Source of the DNA: a virus
Lineage: Duplodnaviria > Caudoviricetes
Reading direction: 5' to 3' (one strand)
Length of the DNA stretch: 52,771 nucleotides
Virus record (IMG/VR): IMGVR_UViG_3300006810_000062
Location: 1-52,771 of that record
The translations under genes were made by a program, and so were the position numbers. The notes under the pieces are model-generated. The model did no database searches and was not told the DNA's origin. It saw nothing but the letters and a program-made list of their open reading frames with translations. Shown piece by piece: positions 36,373 to 44,666 of this stretch. Position 1 is the first letter of the stretch. Each line of letters begins with the position of its first letter.

Positions 36373-36630
36373 CTATATGTTATCATAAGTACAGTTCAAA
36401 TGACATGATGCTAGGTTAAAATCATTTTTATCTTTTAATTGATGGTCTATATTATCTTGTAGTTCATCTGCCACCTTCTTAATAATTGAAGGTGTAGCTT
36501 CTACTCTAGGTGGTATGTAATCTTCAGGAAAGAATAAACTAAAAGCTACCTTATGTTTGTAAGCTAACTGTCTAAACTGATATTCAATATCTACTATAGA
36601 TTTTTCCCATTCAGATTTATTATAACTCAT
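36373..36630 (-). CDS. hypothetical protein
   Basis: ORF track; GGAGG RBS. Confidence 0.65.
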   Translation of the reverse strand: MSYNKSEWEKSIVDIEYQFRQLAYKHKVAFSLFFPEDYIPPRVEATPSIIKKVADELQDNIDHQLKDKNDFNLASCHLNCTYDNI

Positions 36631-36791
36631 TTAAATACTCCTCCTAATTCTTTTATTAAACTTGATATCCTAGTCTCTAACATACTTATTGTAGTATGTA
36701 TGTGACCTGTATCCTCATCTTGTAGCATAGTTTTTAATATCTCTACCTCATCTATCAATGCTATTAGATGTATTGCTTTTGTATTTCTCAT
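36627..36791 (-). CDS. 54-aa hypothetical protein
   Basis: Manual translation MRNTKAIHLIALIDEVEILKTMLQDEDTGHIHTTISMLETRI...*; coupled on both sides. Confidence 0.6.
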   Translation of the reverse strand: MRNTKAIHLIALIDEVEILKTMLQDEDTGHIHTTISMLETRISSLIKELGGVFK

Positions 36792-36919
36792 GTTGTTTCC
36801 TTTCTAATAATTGTTTTATCCTTCTGTCTTTTCTTTGAGTTGTCTGTTTTCTTTAGAGATTTTTCCCAAGACCTAGAGGTACTATGTATCTTACCTCTAC
36901 CCTTTATTCCTTTAGACAT
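36788..36919 (-). CDS. 43-aa basic hypothetical protein
   Basis: Manual translation MSKGIKGRGKIHSTSRSWEKSLKK...*; coupled on both sides. Confidence 0.55.
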   Translation of the reverse strand: MSKGIKGRGKIHSTSRSWEKSLKKTDNSKKRQKDKTIIRKETT

Positions 36920-37110
36920 TATACATTCTCCATTTCACTTAAAAATAATACACCACCATAGTTACCCTCTCCATCTGCACTAACTTCCACAAGTACGTCT
37001 GCATACTTAGGCTTGGTTAGTTTGAATTGTGGAAAGCCATCTTCATTCTCTCCTAAGTAACTCTTTATCTTGAATCCCTCAAGTTGTTTATAGTAATTGT
37101 CCATATCCAT
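36919..37110 (-). CDS. hypothetical protein
   Basis: ORF track; EVSADGEGNYGGVLF. Confidence 0.65.
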   Translation of the reverse strand: MDMDNYYKQLEGFKIKSYLGENEDGFPQFKLTKPKYADVLVEVSADGEGNYGGVLFLSEMENV

Positions 37111-37370
37111 TATACTAACTCCTTTTTATATACTAAGTTCCAAGTTTCTTCCATCTCATCATCAAGATTTTCATCCTCAATAAATCCTAGTTGGTCTTGT
37201 ACGTATTGAGTACGACATTTTTCAAGTGTCCAAGCATCTGTAGTTTCTTCATCAAAGAATAATTGAGGTTGAAGTTCTTTCTTACTCTGACCTAATGCTT
37301 GGTAATAGAAAATATTAACCAATGCTTTTTTATATCGTGTCTCGTTGCTTACGTTCAATGCTATTGTCAT
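37110..37370 (-). CDS. hypothetical protein
   Basis: ORF track; TAATG coupling. Confidence 0.65.
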   Translation of the reverse strand: MTIALNVSNETRYKKALVNIFYYQALGQSKKELQPQLFFDEETTDAWTLEKCRTQYVQDQLGFIEDENLDDEMEETWNLVYKKELV

Positions 37371-38581
37371 TACACTCTCTCCTTTGTTTGATACATTTCA
37401 TGCCACGTTTCATCTAACTGTATGCCTTTGAGTATATGTGCAATCACATCAACTGTCCAACCATTACCAATCATCTTGTATCTTTGTGTCTTTGATACAT
37501 GGTTGGTATAATTTTCTGGCATAGTTTGTAATCGTTCACACTCTAAAGGTGTCAGCTTTCTCCAACCATAATCATTTTGATTAACTACTACGTCATCTTT
37601 TTGTACAGTCGTAAGACAATTAGATATATTATCTTGTCTTGCTTCTAACTTAGTAGTGAAAGGTAAGTCTAGTTGGTTATCTTTTCGTATACCATTCTCA
37701 TCTAGTCTACGATTAACTACTCTAGCTATGGCAACCTTTGGTTCTCTATGTCCACCTTGCATGGTAGTTAGAGTAGGTGCTTTACCTTCAGCAGAGTAAA
37801 CTCTTTTGATGCTATCATGCCCTCTTATATCAGCACTACCCACCCTAATTAAACCTTCCTTAGATACAGTTGGATTAGGTTTCTTTACAAAGGTAGGTAT
37901 CTGTCCTTTCCACATAGTAGCAGTAAGACAATTAGCTTTATCATCTTCAACTGATTTAACTCTATCTCCTCTTGGTTTACCTCCCCAATTATTAACTAAG
38001 TAATTAGGTACATCTCCAAAAGGTAAGTCATCTAATATATCTTTAAGCATGATACCTTTATCTTTAGGTTGTGATATATTCATAGGAACATATTCATCAT
38101 TAACTAATTGAGCAAACCAATACAATCTATTTCTAGATTGAGCAGATAGTAAAGATGAATTAATAAGTATAGGTTCTACTCCCATATATTTTGATATGAT
38201 ATCTTGAGATTCCTTTTTCATTCTTACATTCTCAAGTAATACATACTTAGGTTTAACTACATCTCTTAACCTAATAAAATCAAAGAATAGTTTTGATCTA
38301 GGATCATCAAAGTTTAATTGCTTACCACTAAAGCTGAAGCCTTGACATGGACTACCACCTATCATTAAGTCTATATCCCAATATTTAATTTCATACTCAT
38401 CAAGTTCAGTAATATCTCCTAACTGTCTTGTATTAGGAAAGTTTGCTTGAGTTACTTGGATAGCATACTTATCTATCTCACTTGCATAATAAGTATTTTC
38501 TTTACCATTAAAAGTAATACCTAATTTTTGTAATGCTAATTGACCACAACTAGCACCATCGAAACAACTTAGTACATTCAT
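37370..38581 (-). CDS. C5 cytosine DNA methyltransferase
   Basis: Motif I SCFDG, IV GGSPCQGFS, VI LENV, VIII QSRNRLYW, IX LTPLECERLQ, X YKMIGNGW. Confidence 0.92.
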   Translation of the reverse strand: MNVLSCFDGASCGQLALQKLGITFNGKENTYYASEIDKYAIQVTQANFPNTRQLGDITELDEYEIKYWDIDLMIGGSPCQGFSFSGKQLNFDDPRSKLFFDFIRLRDVVKPKYVLLENVRMKKESQDIISKYMGVEPILINSSLLSAQSRNRLYWFAQLVNDEYVPMNISQPKDKGIMLKDILDDLPFGDVPNYLVNNWGGKPRGDRVKSVEDDKANCLTATMWKGQIPTFVKKPNPTVSKEGLIRVGSADIRGHDSIKRVYSAEGKAPTLTTMQGGHREPKVAIARVVNRRLDENGIRKDNQLDLPFTTKLEARQDNISNCLTTVQKDDVVVNQNDYGWRKLTPLECERLQTMPENYTNHVSKTQRYKMIGNGWTVDVIAHILKGIQLDETWHEMYQTKERV

Positions 38582-38602
38582 TATGTTATCTCCTCTCAGT
38601 TA

Positions 38603-38627
38603 ATATATGGGTTGCTAAGGTATACAT
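38603..38627 (-). repeat. 25-bp early-region repeat, copy 1
   Basis: + strand atatatgggttgctaaggtatacat. Confidence 0.9.
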
Positions 38628-39268
38628 TACTTAGTATCTATATATACTCTTAAGCATTTAGATTTATCAATAGGTTGTCCTCTATCATATTTTCTCCAAC
38701 CTTCTGACTGTTTAGTTTCTTCATCAAGATACTGACCTCTTACTCTCATCTTGTAGCTATCTTTATTTAAGTAAGCTTTCATATTGTCAACTAATGATTT
38801 ACCAAAAGAATTATTAGGTATTTCACTAAACATTTTTTTATCTCCTTTAATTCCTAGAAGATCATTAGCTATTCTATATTGAGTTTTCCAATACTCTGCA
38901 TTGTCTACTTCCTTTTGATGTTTTTCTTGCAACTTAAATATGTGTTTATCTTTTACATCACAGTTGTCAAACATGATTGCATACACCTCACGTAAGTTGT
39001 CATACTTCTGTTGAAGTTTTTCTCTCTCATCTAAATCATCTACAGAAGATACAAAGTTATCCTCTGCAAGTTTCTTATAATATTTAACCTTGTCCATCAT
39101 TTTAATAAATGCTCTTATCAAATGTTGAAAGTCCATATGTGATATAGGTATATCTTTACCATCTGCTTCTGAATAATATGTCTTATAGTTTAAGTCATAC
39201 ATATCACTTGCTAGTTTGCCACTAGTTGTAGTTGCTCCTAGCATTTGTACTATTCTATGTATCTTCAT
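38627..39268 (-). CDS. hypothetical protein (coiled-coil centre)
   Basis: ORF track; AAGGAG RBS. Confidence 0.7.
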   Translation of the reverse strand: MKIHRIVQMLGATTTSGKLASDMYDLNYKTYYSEADGKDIPISHMDFQHLIRAFIKMMDKVKYYKKLAEDNFVSSVDDLDEREKLQQKYDNLREVYAIMFDNCDVKDKHIFKLQEKHQKEVDNAEYWKTQYRIANDLLGIKGDKKMFSEIPNNSFGKSLVDNMKAYLNKDSYKMRVRGQYLDEETKQSEGWRKYDRGQPIDKSKCLRVYIDTK

Positions 39269-39270
39269 AT

Positions 39271-39528
39271 CTATACTCCTTCATTTAGATTAGCTTCTTT
39301 AAGAATGTAATCTCTAGCAAATGGTTTATATCCTTCTCCAAATTGGATACCTATTTCATTTACTATATCATTCATTCCCCAACCTCTAACTTTAGGATTA
39401 CTTTTTCCCAAAGCTTGTAGCCTTTGTATCTCCTTCATCATATCGACTACGTTATCTTGATAGTCGATAGGTAAAGGTGCTATTGGTTTTACTGTTACAT
39501 CATACAACCATTTTTGTTTCTCATCCAT
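39271..39528 (-). CDS. hypothetical protein
   Basis: ORF track. Confidence 0.65.
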   Translation of the reverse strand: MDEKQKWLYDVTVKPIAPLPIDYQDNVVDMMKEIQRLQALGKSNPKVRGWGMNDIVNEIGIQFGEGYKPFARDYILKEANLNEGV

Positions 39529-39725
39529 TAATGTTTTCCTTTCACAATAAATATTGTTAGTGTTGCACCTACTCCAAGTGATAGGTAATTTACAAGTAAT
39601 GCAATTAAATCTATATCATATGATATCAATTCAAATGTTCTATAGAACATAAAAGAACATGCCAATAATAAAAATATTAAAGATGTTTTAGTTATCATAA
39701 TTAAATCTCCATTCATCAGTTGCAT
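39528..39725 (-). CDS. small two-TM membrane protein
   Basis: ORF track; two hydrophobic stretches. Confidence 0.55.
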   Translation of the reverse strand: MQLMNGDLIMITKTSLIFLLLACSFMFYRTFELISYDIDLIALLVNYLSLGVGATLTIFIVKGKH

Positions 39726-39975
39726 CTATTAGTTTTGGTTTTACTTCCATAATATCTTTTATGTAAGCATCTCCATATTCCCAACTATCATATGTCATAG
39801 GTGATTTACAAGCAGTATACCATCTTGCATATGGATTTTTCTTTTCATTATCTTTAGTTTGATATGTCTTTAATATCTTCCATTCAAAATACATACCATT
39901 GTTAGGGTTATCAATTCTATAGGTAGCATAACTGCTACCTATTTCTTTAGTCTTTCCAAAAGAATTTTTAGCCAT
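39688..39975 (-). CDS. hypothetical early protein
   Basis: FEWKILKTYQ..EKKNPYARW..KSPMTYDSWEYGDAY; GGGAG RBS. Confidence 0.75.
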   Translation of the reverse strand: MAKNSFGKTKEIGSSYATYRIDNPNNGMYFEWKILKTYQTKDNEKKNPYARWYTACKSPMTYDSWEYGDAYIKDIMEVKPKLIDATDEWRFNYDN

Positions 39976-39976
39976 A

Positions 39977-40207
39977 TTATTTTACTCCCTTTCTAGTAAA
40001 TCTTCCACTTGATCTATCTCTATTAACTAAAAGATATCTAAAGTTATGTGATACTGATCCAATAGGTTTACCATATCTTTTAGTAGTTCTGTGAAAATAT
40101 AATCCTTGAGTAGGAACAGTTGGTATTGTATTTAATTTCTGCATATCATTCTCCATTGGTGTAGCAGTTGAGTTGTCATTGTTATTATTTGTATGTATAT
40201 AATTCAT
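39977..40207 (-). CDS. hypothetical early protein
   Basis: ORF track; AAGGA RBS. Confidence 0.6.
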   Translation of the reverse strand: MNYIHTNNNNDNSTATPMENDMQKLNTIPTVPTQGLYFHRTTKRYGKPIGSVSHNFRYLLVNRDRSSGRFTRKGVK

Positions 40208-40241
40208 AATCGTTTTCCTTTTTAAGTTTAGTTTATATAAT

Positions 40242-40266
40242 ATATATGGGTTGCTAAGGTATACAT
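40242..40266 (-). repeat. 25-bp early-region repeat, copy 2 (identical to copy 1)
   Basis: + strand atatatgggttgctaaggtatacat. Confidence 0.9.
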
Positions 40267-40443
40267 CTAATAAAGATGTTGTTTAGTATCTTCATAATCT
40301 ACATAATTTCCTTTCTCCTTTTGCCATTGTTGAAATACTTTATTTAAATCATCAGTTGAATTAACTGTTATGTAAGTTAGTTCATCTGATGAAACTAAAT
40401 TATTATCATCATCGTATACGTCTAAATATAATGGGTTAGTCAT
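40267..40443 (-). CDS. 58-aa acidic early protein
   Basis: Manual translation MTNPLYLDVYDDDNNLVSSDEL...TKQHLY*; AAGGAG RBS. Confidence 0.6.
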   Translation of the reverse strand: MTNPLYLDVYDDDNNLVSSDELTYITVNSTDDLNKVFQQWQKEKGNYVDYEDTKQHLY

Positions 40444-40455
40444 TTTATTTTCTCC

Positions 40456-41034
40456 TTAATTTAAGTATGTTAGATGTCTTAAGCTTACGTCATTAGCTGA
40501 ATGGTATTTCTTAGGATAAATTGTAGCTAAATATTCACACCAATTATTCCATAGGTATTCACAACCTCCAAGCTTATTACAAGTTGTAATATATAATTCA
40601 GCTTTATATCTTGCAGTTTCTATTAAGTTTCCATAGGTTTTAAAAGTTGAAGCTTTTAATCCAAACCTTTTAAGATTGTGTACATCTAAACATCCTATTT
40701 TACCAATACATAACTGCAATACAAAGCCACCTTTAACTAAATCTATACCATGTATTGATCTAATTAATAAAAGCTTATCTACTAAGCTTATTTCGTCATT
40801 AAATATGGTATCATATAATTCCTTTTTCATTTTGATTATTTGTTTATATGCTAGTCTTTTACTTCCATAAAGATATTTACTATCAATACCTTCAGCTTTT
40901 ACATCAAGCATATGTTCACCAATTTGTGACCAATCCTTTTGTATTGAAAGTAAAACCATTAAGAAAACTTTGACCATATTATTAGGATTTTTTCTTGCAA
41001 AGTTTTCTATTAATTTTTGATGTGTACTAAACAT
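40456..41034 (-). CDS. HhH-GPD superfamily DNA glycosylase-like protein
   Basis: LLIRSIHGIDLVKGGFVLQL (HhH-like, with Lys) followed by GCLDVHNLKRF (Asp-x-His). Confidence 0.55.
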   Translation of the reverse strand: MFSTHQKLIENFARKNPNNMVKVFLMVLLSIQKDWSQIGEHMLDVKAEGIDSKYLYGSKRLAYKQIIKMKKELYDTIFNDEISLVDKLLLIRSIHGIDLVKGGFVLQLCIGKIGCLDVHNLKRFGLKASTFKTYGNLIETARYKAELYITTCNKLGGCEYLWNNWCEYLATIYPKKYHSANDVSLRHLTYLN

Positions 41035-41094
41035 TATTTCTCCTTTGTAAAATGTTAAGTTGGGTAAAGAACATTAGATGGTACATGGGTTCTT

Positions 41095-41301
41095 TTAATT
41101 CTTTAATGGTAAACCTAAACCATATTTATCCCATTCTAAATTATATTCTATTATTTCTTCATTAGTCATATTGTTATATTCATCATCAACAAAATTATAA
41201 TCTTCATCAACAGTACCTTCATCTTTATGTTCTAATCTTAATTCATGTAGATAATCTTGTTTACATTGTTCTTGGTATTCATCATTCTTTTTAATTAGCA
41301 T
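41095..41301 (-). CDS. acidic hypothetical early protein
   Basis: ORF track. Confidence 0.6.
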   Translation of the reverse strand: MLIKKNDEYQEQCKQDYLHELRLEHKDEGTVDEDYNFVDDEYNNMTNEEIIEYNLEWDKYGLGLPLKN

Positions 41302-41524
41302 TTGTTACCTTCCCTTCATCTAGGATTGCTGTTTTAGTTTCTATTGCCTTTAAAAATATGTCTTCATTAAATCTTGGATTTTTAGAATAGCAATAAGCTT
41401 TTACTAATTCTATTTCTTGGAAAGAATAATTATTATTAACAATAATATTTACTATTTCCTCAAAATGTTTTCTTGTAGGATTACTTGCAATCTTGTATTT
41501 AAATACGTTATCTCTTATCCACAT
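41291..41524 (-). CDS. hypothetical early protein
   Basis: TRKHFEEIVNII...NPRFNEDIFLKA; GAGGAG RBS. Confidence 0.65.
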   Translation of the reverse strand: MWIRDNVFKYKIASNPTRKHFEEIVNIIVNNNYSFQEIELVKAYCYSKNPRFNEDIFLKAIETKTAILDEGKVTNAN

Positions 41525-41526
41525 TT

Positions 41527-41757
41527 TTATTTCTCCTCATATGTTTTAAATTGTCTTGCCATTCTTTTAATCTTAACAAGTTTTAAGTTTAATTTATATA
41601 GTTCGTTTAAATAACTATCATTAATATTAATTCCTTCTCTTATTGTTAATTCTAATTTTTGTATATTATTTAAAACAATATCGTTTAATGTATCGATATC
41701 GTTAAAAGATAAATCTAAGTCTTGTAATTTTTCTAATGTATTTAAATCTATTGTCAT
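41527..41757 (-). CDS. hypothetical early protein
   Basis: ORF track; ATGA coupling. Confidence 0.6.
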   Translation of the reverse strand: MTIDLNTLEKLQDLDLSFNDIDTLNDIVLNNIQKLELTIREGININDSYLNELYKLNLKLVKIKRMARQFKTYEEK

Positions 41758-42011
41758 TTTGTTATATCCTTTAAATAATTATATCTAGAATTAAAATCAT
41801 AATCTAAATCTTCTTCATCATGTATTTTGCTCATAGATACAAACTGATTAAAATTATATATTGTATTACCATCTTCTAAAGCATACATATTGGTTTCATC
41901 AAAGTATATTTTTAATTCATTGTAAGCATCTTCTAAAGATGAAAAATATATCTTCTTGTCTTGATCATCTAACATATATTCATCTTGATATGTGTATAAT
42001 AAATATTTCAT
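41754..42011 (-). CDS. acidic Tyr/Asp-rich early protein
   Basis: ORF track; GAGGA RBS. Confidence 0.6.
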   Translation of the reverse strand: MKYLLYTYQDEYMLDDQDKKIYFSSLEDAYNELKIYFDETNMYALEDGNTIYNFNQFVSMSKIHDEEDLDYDFNSRYNYLKDITK

Positions 42012-42032
42012 TTTAATCTATCCTCTCAATAA

Positions 42033-42057
42033 GTATATAGGTTGTTAAGGTATACAA
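42033..42057 (-). repeat. 25-bp early-region repeat, copy 3
   Basis: + strand gtatataggttgttaaggtatacaa. Confidence 0.85.
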
Positions 42058-42267
42058 TTATATAATTTCTAATAGTTTAGATTGTAATATAATTGTTTTA
42101 ATTAAAGCTTTGTTAATTTCCATTTGTTGTTTAATTGTGTATTTATGTTTTCTTCGACTATGATTATTTAATTCAGTTAATAAATCAAAATATAAATAAT
42201 CTATTTGTTTATCTATTATATTATCTAATTGTTTATTATCTTGTATATCTTTAATGTGTATAGTCAT
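42058..42267 (-). CDS. hypothetical protein, first gene of the early arm
   Basis: ORF track. Confidence 0.55.
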   Translation of the reverse strand: MTIHIKDIQDNKQLDNIIDKQIDYLYFDLLTELNNHSRRKHKYTIKQQMEINKALIKTIILQSKLLEII

Positions 42268-42788
42268 AAGCTAACCCTTTTTAATTAATAAGTTAATGTT
42301 TAAGTTTAAATAGATTAATCATTTTATCTTTTAAACTTTTCATAATCTATATGGGTTGTTAAGGTATACATCATTAAAAAAGCTAGTAATATCAATGGGT
42401 TAGTATGGTTAGGTTAAGGAGCATAAATAGGTTTAAAATAGGCATAATTAAGACAAGATAGGTTAATTATTCTAAAAATTTTAATCATGGAGATTTTTTA
42501 GTATAGTAAGGAATGCATATGACACACCCCTACCCACAGATTCTACACATACATATATATATAATATAGGGGTGAAACATATTTTCAAAAAAACTAGGGT
42601 CTTTAACCATTACTAGATTGGGGATAATTAGAATACAAAATCCCTTCTTGTATTCTAAGAATATAAGTTAGTTTGTTGTATAATTTATTGGGGATGGGTA
42701 GCTATTTACCCTCTGGAGTAATAAATATAAAATAACACATTTCTTATGTTTTGGCAATATGCTATAATAAAAAAAATAGGAGAATAAA
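42268..42788. other. non-coding divergence region; candidate physical genome ends or origin
   Basis: Longest intergenic stretch; both arms point away from it; contains inverted repeats. Confidence 0.5.
42347..42371 (-). repeat. 25-bp early-region repeat, copy 4
   Basis: + strand ctatatgggttgttaaggtatacat. Confidence 0.85.
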
Positions 42789-43007
42789 ATGTTTGAAGCT
42801 TTTGTATTATTATGTTCTATATATAATCCCTATAATTGTGTTACTATGCAAGATACAACAGGACCTCATAAAAATTATAATAGTTGCTATAATAGAATTA
42901 CAGAAATGACAGAATTAGCTAACAATAATATAGAATACTTCTTTCCTAAAAAGTATGCATGTGCTAAAATAAACTCATCAGATAAAAAAAATAAATTAAA
43001 AATATAA
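42789..43007 (+). CDS. hypothetical small Cys-containing protein
   Basis: MFEAFVLLC...C...GP...CYNRITEM...C; AGGAG RBS. Confidence 0.7.
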   Translation: MFEAFVLLCSIYNPYNCVTMQDTTGPHKNYNSCYNRITEMTELANNNIEYFFPKKYACAKINSSDKKNKLKI

Positions 43008-44560
43008 TGCTAAATACTATAGAAGAAATAGATTCATCTATAACACCTTATATATTATTAAAAGATAACCTAGAGAAGTATTCTAATTTAGAAGCTTCCA
43101 CAGATTTCTTAACTTTTGTAAAGATATTTGCACCCACTCTTGTATCCGACTTTAAGATGGGTAAGCATATAGAATTACTATGTCAAAAGTTACAAGGTGT
43201 AGTAGAAGGAAATGTAAAACGATTAATGGTATTTTTACCACCTAGATCGTCTAAGTCTCTTATATGTAGTAAGCTATTCCCGGCTTGGTATATAGGTAAC
43301 TTTTCTAATCACGAAATAATGTCAGTATCTCATAGTGACCAATTAGCAAGTGATTTTGGTAGAACAGTTAGAGACATAGTAAATACAACTAGATTTCAAA
43401 GAATATTTAAAGGAGTATCTTTAAGAAATGATGTAAAGGCTGCAGGTAAATGGAAGACCAATAAACATGGGTCTTACTATGCTGCTGGTGTAAGAAGTCA
43501 AGTAGCAGGTCGAGGTGCTAACGTAGCATTGCTAGATGATGTCATGTCTGAGGAAGATTCTTTTAGTGAAGCAGGAAGAAGATATATAAAAGAATGGTAT
43601 CCAGCAGGACTACGTACTCGTCTAATGCCCAATGGATCAATCATAATTATTAACACAAGATACCACTATGATGATCTATGTGGTTGGCTATTAAAACAGG
43701 AACAAAATGCAGAAGCATACACATACCCTTGGGAAGTCATTAGCATACCGGCATGGCTTGACGAAACAGCAGCAGAACTCTTACAGCTACCTGAAGGAAC
43801 TTCATACTTTCCAGAATGGAAAACAGACGAAATACTCAAGATTGATGAACAAGAAATACGAGCAAGTAATGGAGCTAGATATTGGAACTCCCTCTACATG
43901 CAAGACCCTTCCCCTGACGATGGAGGTATCATTAAAAAGAACTGGTTTCAATGGTGGGATTATGGTGATCCTCCTCCATGTGAGTTCATTATACAAACGT
44001 ATGATACAGCCTTTAGTACTAGGAAGACAGCAGATTATAGTGTCATACAAACGTGGGGTATCTTTTCTGACTACATGGAAACGTCAGAGGGAGGAGAAGT
44101 ATTGGTCAGCAATCTCATTCTCTTGGCTAGTTCCCGTGGAAGATTTGAATATCCTGAACTACGAAGAATTGCACAGGATTTATACAAGCAGTACAGACCT
44201 GACGTCTGCATCATTGAAAAAAAAGCATCAGGACAATCACTCATTCAAGACATGAGAAGAGCTGGGCTGCCAGTGCTAGACTACTTACCTGATAGAGATA
44301 AAGTATCTAGGGTGTATGCATCAACACCATTGATGGAATCTAAAAGAGTATGGATACCTAAAGATAAAGTATGGGCAGATGATTTATTTGCAGAGTGTAT
44401 GTCCTTTCCCAATGGATCACACGATGACCAAGTAGACTGCATGACTATGGCAATACATTATATGAAAGACAGTTGGAACTTAATTCACCCTGAAGACCCT
44501 AATTGGGAAGATGATAATAATCATAGAAAACAAAAACGTATTGCATATTGGAGAACATAA
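43007..44560 (+). CDS. terL: terminase large subunit
   Basis: RLMVFLPPRSSKS, VAGRGANVALLDD, TRYHYDDL, YDTAFS..ADYS, IEKKASGQSLIQ, FPNGSHDDQVD. Confidence 0.95.
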   Translation: MLNTIEEIDSSITPYILLKDNLEKYSNLEASTDFLTFVKIFAPTLVSDFKMGKHIELLCQKLQGVVEGNVKRLMVFLPPRSSKSLICSKLFPAWYIGNFSNHEIMSVSHSDQLASDFGRTVRDIVNTTRFQRIFKGVSLRNDVKAAGKWKTNKHGSYYAAGVRSQVAGRGANVALLDDVMSEEDSFSEAGRRYIKEWYPAGLRTRLMPNGSIIIINTRYHYDDLCGWLLKQEQNAEAYTYPWEVISIPAWLDETAAELLQLPEGTSYFPEWKTDEILKIDEQEIRASNGARYWNSLYMQDPSPDDGGIIKKNWFQWWDYGDPPPCEFIIQTYDTAFSTRKTADYSVIQTWGIFSDYMETSEGGEVLVSNLILLASSRGRFEYPELRRIAQDLYKQYRPDVCIIEKKASGQSLIQDMRRAGLPVLDYLPDRDKVSRVYASTPLMESKRVWIPKDKVWADDLFAECMSFPNGSHDDQVDCMTMAIHYMKDSWNLIHPEDPNWEDDNNHRKQKRIAYWRT

Positions 44561-44569
44561 TAGTATAAT
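44541..44569 (+). promoter_or_regulatory. sigma70-type promoter upstream of portal
   Basis: TTGCAT-N17-TATAAT. Confidence 0.6.
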
Positions 44570-44666
44570 GAAAAAACTAGGTAAAAAAATATATATAAAG
44601 ATATTACAGTCAAGAAAAAAAGAAGCTTTAAGACAAATGAAATCTTTTTGTTGGAGGATAAAATAA

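Noticed and set aside
23133-38581. 5mC to hmC to glycosyl-hmC DNA hypermodification pathway
   Set aside because: MTase and glycosyltransferases are present, but I recognised no TET/JBP dioxygenase or dCMP hydroxymethylase; kept only as a secondary hypothesis
38603-42371. 25-bp repeats considered as CRISPR repeats or T7-type RNAP promoters
   Set aside because: Copies are separated by 0.3-1.8 kb containing whole genes, and no single-subunit RNA polymerase is encoded
44568-44666. 32-aa basic ORF between terL and portal
   Set aside because: Its ATG overlaps the predicted -10 box and it has no RBS; cannot be supported
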